DNA of 64,000 nt from Candidatus Poribacteria bacterium. GTDB lineage: Bacteria > Poribacteria > WGA-4E > PCPOR2b. The stretch lies in contig OZ244587.1 in assembly GCA_965218095.1 (NCBI GenBank), positions 2,912,001-2,976,000 of the forward strand, read 5' to 3'. Below the pieces are notes generated by a model, which was not told the origin of the DNA, did no database searches, and saw nothing but the letters and a program-made list of their open reading frames with translations. A program made the translations under genes and the position numbers. Shown one piece after another: positions 59,217 through 64,000 of the stretch (its first letter is position 1; each line of letters opens with the position of its first letter).

Positions 59217-59581
59217 TCACGTTTTGAAAAGATCAAGACGAGCATTCTGCTCAAACTCCTTTTCGATCTCCTTTGCCATCCGCTTAGACTCTTCAACGGA
59301 CGGTGGCGGGTCGCTACTGAGGAAGATCCGTAACCATACCGGCTCTCCCTCGACCAACCCCGGACACTTTCCACCGTCAATGGTGACCCGTGATACAATA
59401 CGATCCAAGACCGGATCAACCTTTCTATAAGGGTTCAAGCAAAACAAGGGTTCAAGCAAAACGCGGGGTGGTCATCTCCTGCAAAATAGATACACCGATC
59501 GCAGGGATAGTCATTTTCGGCAGTTGCTTCAATTTCAGCGACCTTAGCCAACAGTTCTTGAGTGTTCATATTAGTGTTCAT
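59217..59581 (-). pseudogene. Small Cys-rich protein frameshifted by a 17-bp duplication
   Basis: AAGGAGG RBS. Removing one repeat copy (59429-59462) gives ...YPCDRCIYF...AFCLNPYRK...KCPG... Confidence 0.6.
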
Positions 59582-60053
59582 GTTGTTCTATCTCCTCCTT
59601 AGTCAGTGGTCGTACCCGCAGGATACGAATCAGTTTCGTATTCCGCATACCAATAATCCGATTTCCACTCTCATCAATCAAAGTGGCTGAATCCGCGTCA
59701 GGAAATCGTTCGACCAAACAGATTTCCTTTTGCGTATTATAAGATTTTTTCTGAATGCTTCCTTTCCCACTCTCTGCCGATAGTTTGACTGCCAAGGTTT
59801 GAATTCCACCACGATATCAGGCGCTTGCAAATTGATACAATTTCCAAGATCCAACTCAACTTCTAAAATACGAGCCTCAAGCAGATTCTCTGATTTCTCA
59901 ATGGCTTGTTGAACAGCGGACTGAGAGTCTCCAATGTCAAAATGGGCGCCCATCCCGCAAACACCCAGAGTCTTGTAAAATCCAACGCGAAGGGATATTC
60001 ATCGCATTTTCCAGTGTTGTGCCGTGAAATGCCTTCACAGTACATCCGTCCAT
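59571..60053 (-). pseudogene. ADP-ribosyltransferase-fold (PARP-like) protein with two frameshifts
   Basis: Reconstructed KAFHGTTLENAMNI/LRVGF...GVCGMGAHF...ILEVELDLGNCINL. Confidence 0.5.
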
Positions 60054-60186
60054 ATCCTTCCCATCATTCCCTCCTTCCTTTCCTTCCACGCCTTATTTAT
60101 TATACCTCCGGGAAAAAGAAATCCACCAACTTTTCTACATCATATAGGTGTGCGCCATACTTCGCGTTGAACCGTGTTAAGTGAAT

Positions 60187-60927
60187 CTACTGGATCGTCA
60201 GCGCAACGATGTTAGACTCCAGATCTTTAGAACCGCGAAACGAATCCAGCGGGAGATAGATCTCGTCCGATTTGCCTTCTTCCTTGCCCTTAATGGTGTC
60301 AATCTCTTTCCGTAAATTGTTAATCATCCGCTGTTTGATGTCATCAGGAACGTCATCAGGGTTTCTTTCTACCAATGTGATTTCACGTTCTATCTCAAGG
60401 ATTTCCGGCGATTGAGAAACGAAAGTTTCCCGATGGACCTTCATATCTATAAATACCTGCAACGTATAATCGCCCGGCTTCAGCTTATAATAGGTTTGAA
60501 GGTCTTCCAACACCGCATTTTTCACCATCCTTGCCTTGAGCTCGGTTCCCTGAACGCAGCGAACCTCCCTGACTCCCTGCATCAGTGTTTTGGTTCTACT
60601 GACAAACGTGATTGGGTGTTTGGGTTTGACAACTTTGCCCATTGCATCTTTGACAACCAATTTCGTGAAAGCACCCCTTCCTTCAACGGTAGCATACGGC
60701 ACAAGCAGATCAAACTTCCCCACTTGAATCGCCATCTTAACGGAAATTGGTTCATCACGGCTATAAACAGGTTTCGCCAACGATAGATGGAGGTCTGCGA
60801 TAGTCGGTGGCGTTGTCGCTTCCACGGGTATAGCATCCACCGCAGTCTTTTCTGATGTACGACTCAAACAACCGATTGCGAAAAGACTACAGGTGATAAG
60901 AAAGATAAAACATCGATTTTTCATCAT
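60187..60927 (-). CDS. Hypothetical lipoprotein
   Basis: GGAGG RBS, lipobox AIGC, LKPGDY...LESN Ig-like pattern. Confidence 0.75.
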   Translation of the reverse strand: MMKNRCFIFLITCSLFAIGCLSRTSEKTAVDAIPVEATTPPTIADLHLSLAKPVYSRDEPISVKMAIQVGKFDLLVPYATVEGRGAFTKLVVKDAMGKVVKPKHPITFVSRTKTLMQGVREVRCVQGTELKARMVKNAVLEDLQTYYKLKPGDYTLQVFIDMKVHRETFVSQSPEILEIEREITLVERNPDDVPDDIKQRMINNLRKEIDTIKGKEEGKSDEIYLPLDSFRGSKDLESNIVALTIQ

Positions 60928-60956
60928 GCCCTCCTATTGTTTTTTACGTTTCATGA

Positions 60957-62036
60957 TTAATGCCTCACAAAATCAATCCCCAATCCGGGGCGACCTGAGA
61001 GTTCGATGAATCCGTCAACGATTTGCTCCGGCGGATTGACGAGATCTGCCCGCCATCCCACCTCGCCCCATGCGTACTCCAGAATCGCAAAATTCGGCAC
61101 GGTTGCCATGCATTGCACGCTTGCTGCTGTTGCGACCGGGCCGCTTGGATTATGTGGCGTGACCATCACGTTTGCCGCTTCCGCCATTGCTGCAATCTTT
61201 TTCAATTCCAGAATGCCGCCGACATGCTTGACATCTGGCAAAATAAAGTCTGCTGCACGACTCGCCAAAAGTCTCTGAAACGCCGACTTGGTTCGCAACT
61301 GTTCCCCCGTCGCAATCGGCATTGAGGTCGATTGGCTGACGTGCGAAAGGGCATCCAGATCTGTCGTCGGAATCGGATCTTCTATCCAGAAGAGATGGAG
61401 TTCATCCAGTTCTCTTGCTGTCTGGATGATTAAGCCCGGGTTGAAACGGCTGTGGCAATCGACCATCAGATCGATGTCGGGGCCGATGGTTTCACGGATA
61501 CGGCGGATGCGTTCAATCCCCGTCCGAATCGCATGTGTCAAAACGCCTCGTGATATATCCCTCACAGAAACGTCATCAAACGGCGCGCACTTAATCGCCG
61601 TGAACCCTTCTTCAACCGCTTTTCGGGCGTTTTGCGAGAAGCCCTCAGGGGTTCGGTCCCAGGTGGCGCGGTTGATGTTGGCGTACACTCGGATCTTCTC
61701 TCGACAACTTCCCCCCAACAGTCGATGGGTGGGTATACTTAACGCCTTGCCAGCAAGATCCCAGAGGGCGTGCTCAATCCCACTGATCGCCGGGTGATAG
61801 GCGTGTCCTTCGTGCTCGTGATAAAATCGGCGATGGAAATCCTCAATCTGAAACACATCCCGACCAATGAGCGCAGGTGTGAGTTCCTTGATAATTTGAA
61901 CGACACGCCCGTCCCCTCCACCGTGTGAGGCTTCGCCGACGCCTGTTGAACCATCATCAGCGTGGATTTTGACAAAGACCCAATCGCCGCGTTTGGTGAC
62001 ATTGACCACATGGGTTTCTAGATCTTTAATTTTCAT
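60957..62036 (-). CDS. Mandelate racemase/galactonate dehydratase family enolase-superfamily enzyme
   Basis: ALWDLAGK, MVDCH, WIED, TGE, PHNP. Confidence 0.92.
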   Translation of the reverse strand: MKIKDLETHVVNVTKRGDWVFVKIHADDGSTGVGEASHGGGDGRVVQIIKELTPALIGRDVFQIEDFHRRFYHEHEGHAYHPAISGIEHALWDLAGKALSIPTHRLLGGSCREKIRVYANINRATWDRTPEGFSQNARKAVEEGFTAIKCAPFDDVSVRDISRGVLTHAIRTGIERIRRIRETIGPDIDLMVDCHSRFNPGLIIQTARELDELHLFWIEDPIPTTDLDALSHVSQSTSMPIATGEQLRTKSAFQRLLASRAADFILPDVKHVGGILELKKIAAMAEAANVMVTPHNPSGPVATAASVQCMATVPNFAILEYAWGEVGWRADLVNPPEQIVDGFIELSGRPGLGIDFVRH

Positions 62037-62062
62037 GCGTAAATTCTCCCGAAGCCCCGATT

Positions 62063-62281
62063 CTACTCTGAAAATCCGACATTGGTAGGATCCCAGGCCG
62101 GAACAATCACTTTGCGGGGAGCATCTTCTGTTTCCGATTGTGCGAGTTTCACCATTTTGTCATAGCTTGACTCACCTCGAAACTTGGCCAGCGTCACTGG
62201 CTTTCTCAAAATCGTGTCCACGTCTGCTGGATGCTCACCGACGAATTTCATCATGCCACCGAAACCAGTCAACATGATCAC
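62063..62281 (-). pseudogene. Response-regulator receiver domain, C-terminal fragment
   Basis: IMLTGFG...VDTILRKPVTL; no phospho-Asp half. Confidence 0.55.
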
Positions 62282-62557
62282 GGGCTATCGCCGGACAGGA
62301 ATTGTTGATATCGTGCGCAATACCGCTTGCCATCTGTTGGGCAGGCGACAGTTATAACTATCGTTTCGTGTTCTGACTTCTCATTTGTTAGCGCCAAAGA
62401 GCATAATAGATCCGCGTATAAAAGTCAAGTGTTATCTTGCAAAAGATTTCGCGTGACTTCGTACAGAAATCATGCTAAGATTTATACGAATCCACTCAAC
62501 AACTGCTAATCGATGATCAGTGATTTACGATTCACATAAGAGGTCTATCTGGGGGGA

Positions 62558-63583
62558 TTGGTCTTGAGATTTCAACGGAATATAATCATCGCGTTCGCTT
62601 CGTCAATTGGCATTTTCATCATCGGGGTCATCGGGTATACCCTTCTTGAAAAGGATAATCCGCACGAAAACTGGACGGTGTTCGATGCAATTTACATGAC
62701 GATTATCACATTGACGACTGTGGGGTACGGGGATTACAATATGTCCAGTGCAGGGAGGGCCTTCACCATTGTTTTGTTGCTTGGGGGGGTTGGTATCTTT
62801 GTGTATAGCATCACTGTCGCAACTGCTTTCATTGTTGAAGGACAATTGCGAGAGGTTTTTCGGAGAAGAAAAGTGGAGAAATCAGTCGATAAACTTTCAG
62901 ACCACTATATCATCTGTGGCATTGGCGATACAGGCGTCCATGCGCTTGATGAAATAATCCAAATGAACGTCGATTTTGTCGCCATTGAGCAGGAACACGA
63001 GCGGATAGAACACCTGCTCGAAACGAGAGATTTTTTGTATGTGGAGGGCGATGCGACCGAAGATGAAGTGCTGATTCGTGGGGGCATTAAAAGAGCACTT
63101 GGATTGATCACCACGCTTTCAAGGGATCAGGATAATCTATTTGTTGTTTTATCTGCAAAACAACTGAATCCAACCCTGAAGGTCGTCTCCAAAGCGGTGG
63201 AGAACAATTCACTAGTCAAGCTCAGAAAAGCAGGTGCAGATGATGTGGTCTTGCCGGATCAGATTGGAGGATTGCGGTTGGCATCGGGGATTATGCGCCC
63301 AATTGTGGTTGACTTTTTGGACATTATGCTCAAACATCAAGTGATAACCCGTTTTGCTGAGTCCGTTATCCAGTCGGGGTCATCGCTGGTGGGACTCAGC
63401 TTGGGCGAGGCACGCATTCTGGATCAAACCGGTCTGGTCGTTGTCGCTGTCCACAATCGACAAGGAAACTTTATCTACAACCCTTCTGGCAAGTTAAAGC
63501 TGGAAGTCGGTGATGCCCTAATCGTCATCGCAGATAATGAGCAGTTGCAAAGGCTGAATAAACTAACGGGAGCCGCACTTTAG
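62558..63583 (+). CDS. Potassium channel with TrkA-N/TrkA-C (RCK) domains
   Basis: TTVGYGD filter; HYIICGIGDTG; GDAT. Confidence 0.95.
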   Translation: MVLRFQRNIIIAFASSIGIFIIGVIGYTLLEKDNPHENWTVFDAIYMTIITLTTVGYGDYNMSSAGRAFTIVLLLGGVGIFVYSITVATAFIVEGQLREVFRRRKVEKSVDKLSDHYIICGIGDTGVHALDEIIQMNVDFVAIEQEHERIEHLLETRDFLYVEGDATEDEVLIRGGIKRALGLITTLSRDQDNLFVVLSAKQLNPTLKVVSKAVENNSLVKLRKAGADDVVLPDQIGGLRLASGIMRPIVVDFLDIMLKHQVITRFAESVIQSGSSLVGLSLGEARILDQTGLVVVAVHNRQGNFIYNPSGKLKLEVGDALIVIADNEQLQRLNKLTGAAL

Positions 63584-63677
63584 TGATAGAATACCCATCC
63601 CATTCATGGATACAATTCTACATTTGACTCCCCACAGCCATGAATCCCTGTTACGCATCACATTCCACGAATTTTTC

Positions 63678-63706
63678 TTGCAGAGCTCAGGGAAATCGTT
63701 TATACT
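63678..63706 (+). promoter_or_regulatory. Sigma70-type promoter
   Basis: TTGCAG-N17-TATACT. Confidence 0.55.
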
Positions 63707-63763
63707 TAACAAAACGAAAACACCTCGAAAATCACGCCACACTCCACTCGGAAGGAATTTTCG

Positions 63764-64000
63764 ATGACCGATCTCCTCGAATCCCTGAATCCCGTTCAAC
63801 GCGAAGCGGTACAGCACACCGAAGGACCACTGCTCCTCCTGTCAGGCGCGGGCAGCGGCAAAACCCGCGTGATTACGCATCGAATCGCTTATCTCATTCA
63901 GCACCACGGCGTTTCCCCGTATAATATCCTCGCGGTAACGTTCACAAACAAAGCCGCGGAAGAGATGAGAACCCGTCTTGAAAATCTTATCGGTCAGAGC
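63764..64000 (+). CDS. pcrA: PcrA/UvrD helicase, 3'-truncated by window edge
   Basis: LNPVQREAV...[17 protein letters not shown]...AVTFTNKAA. Confidence 0.92.
   Translation, partial: MTDLLESLNPVQREAVQHTEGPLLLLSGAGSGKTRVITHRIAYLIQHHGVSPYNILAVTFTNKAAEEMRTRLENLIGQS

Overview
Bacterial chromosomal window, roughly 50% GC by eye, with one visibly GC-richer gene at 27263-30130. A protein with LRR, cohesin, dockerin and an NYPNPFNPETWIPY C-terminal domain suggests Candidatus Poribacteria or a relative (inference only). Intact genes include a TonB-dependent receptor (partial), a class A PBP, uvrB, three M16 peptidases, infA, a cinA-like gene, cysteine synthase, trpD, trpC, guaA, a K+ channel and pcrA/uvrD (partial). 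Between them lie about 20 broken genes: nonsense codons of all three types, frameshifts, deletion remnants and 17-24 bp tandem duplications. Many of these are defence or toxin-antitoxin relics (NotI-like, dinJ-yafQ, vapBC45, an ADP-ribosyltransferase-like pair). Intergenic DNA holds a layered set of small repeats: 7/8-mer tandems, CCCGAT-N2/3-ATCGGG hairpins, GTAG-type REP doublets, and three 136-153 bp TIR-bounded MITE-like elements that each enclose a REP-like cargo. One of these has ends resembling the resident IS5-family element. Other oddities are an IF-1 with a long basic GRG-repeat extension and a Tal-Pgi reading frame fused to a DinJ antitoxin tail. No CRISPR array, rRNA, intact tRNA or reverse transcriptase was seen. 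All calls come from motif recognition by eye; no database searches were run.
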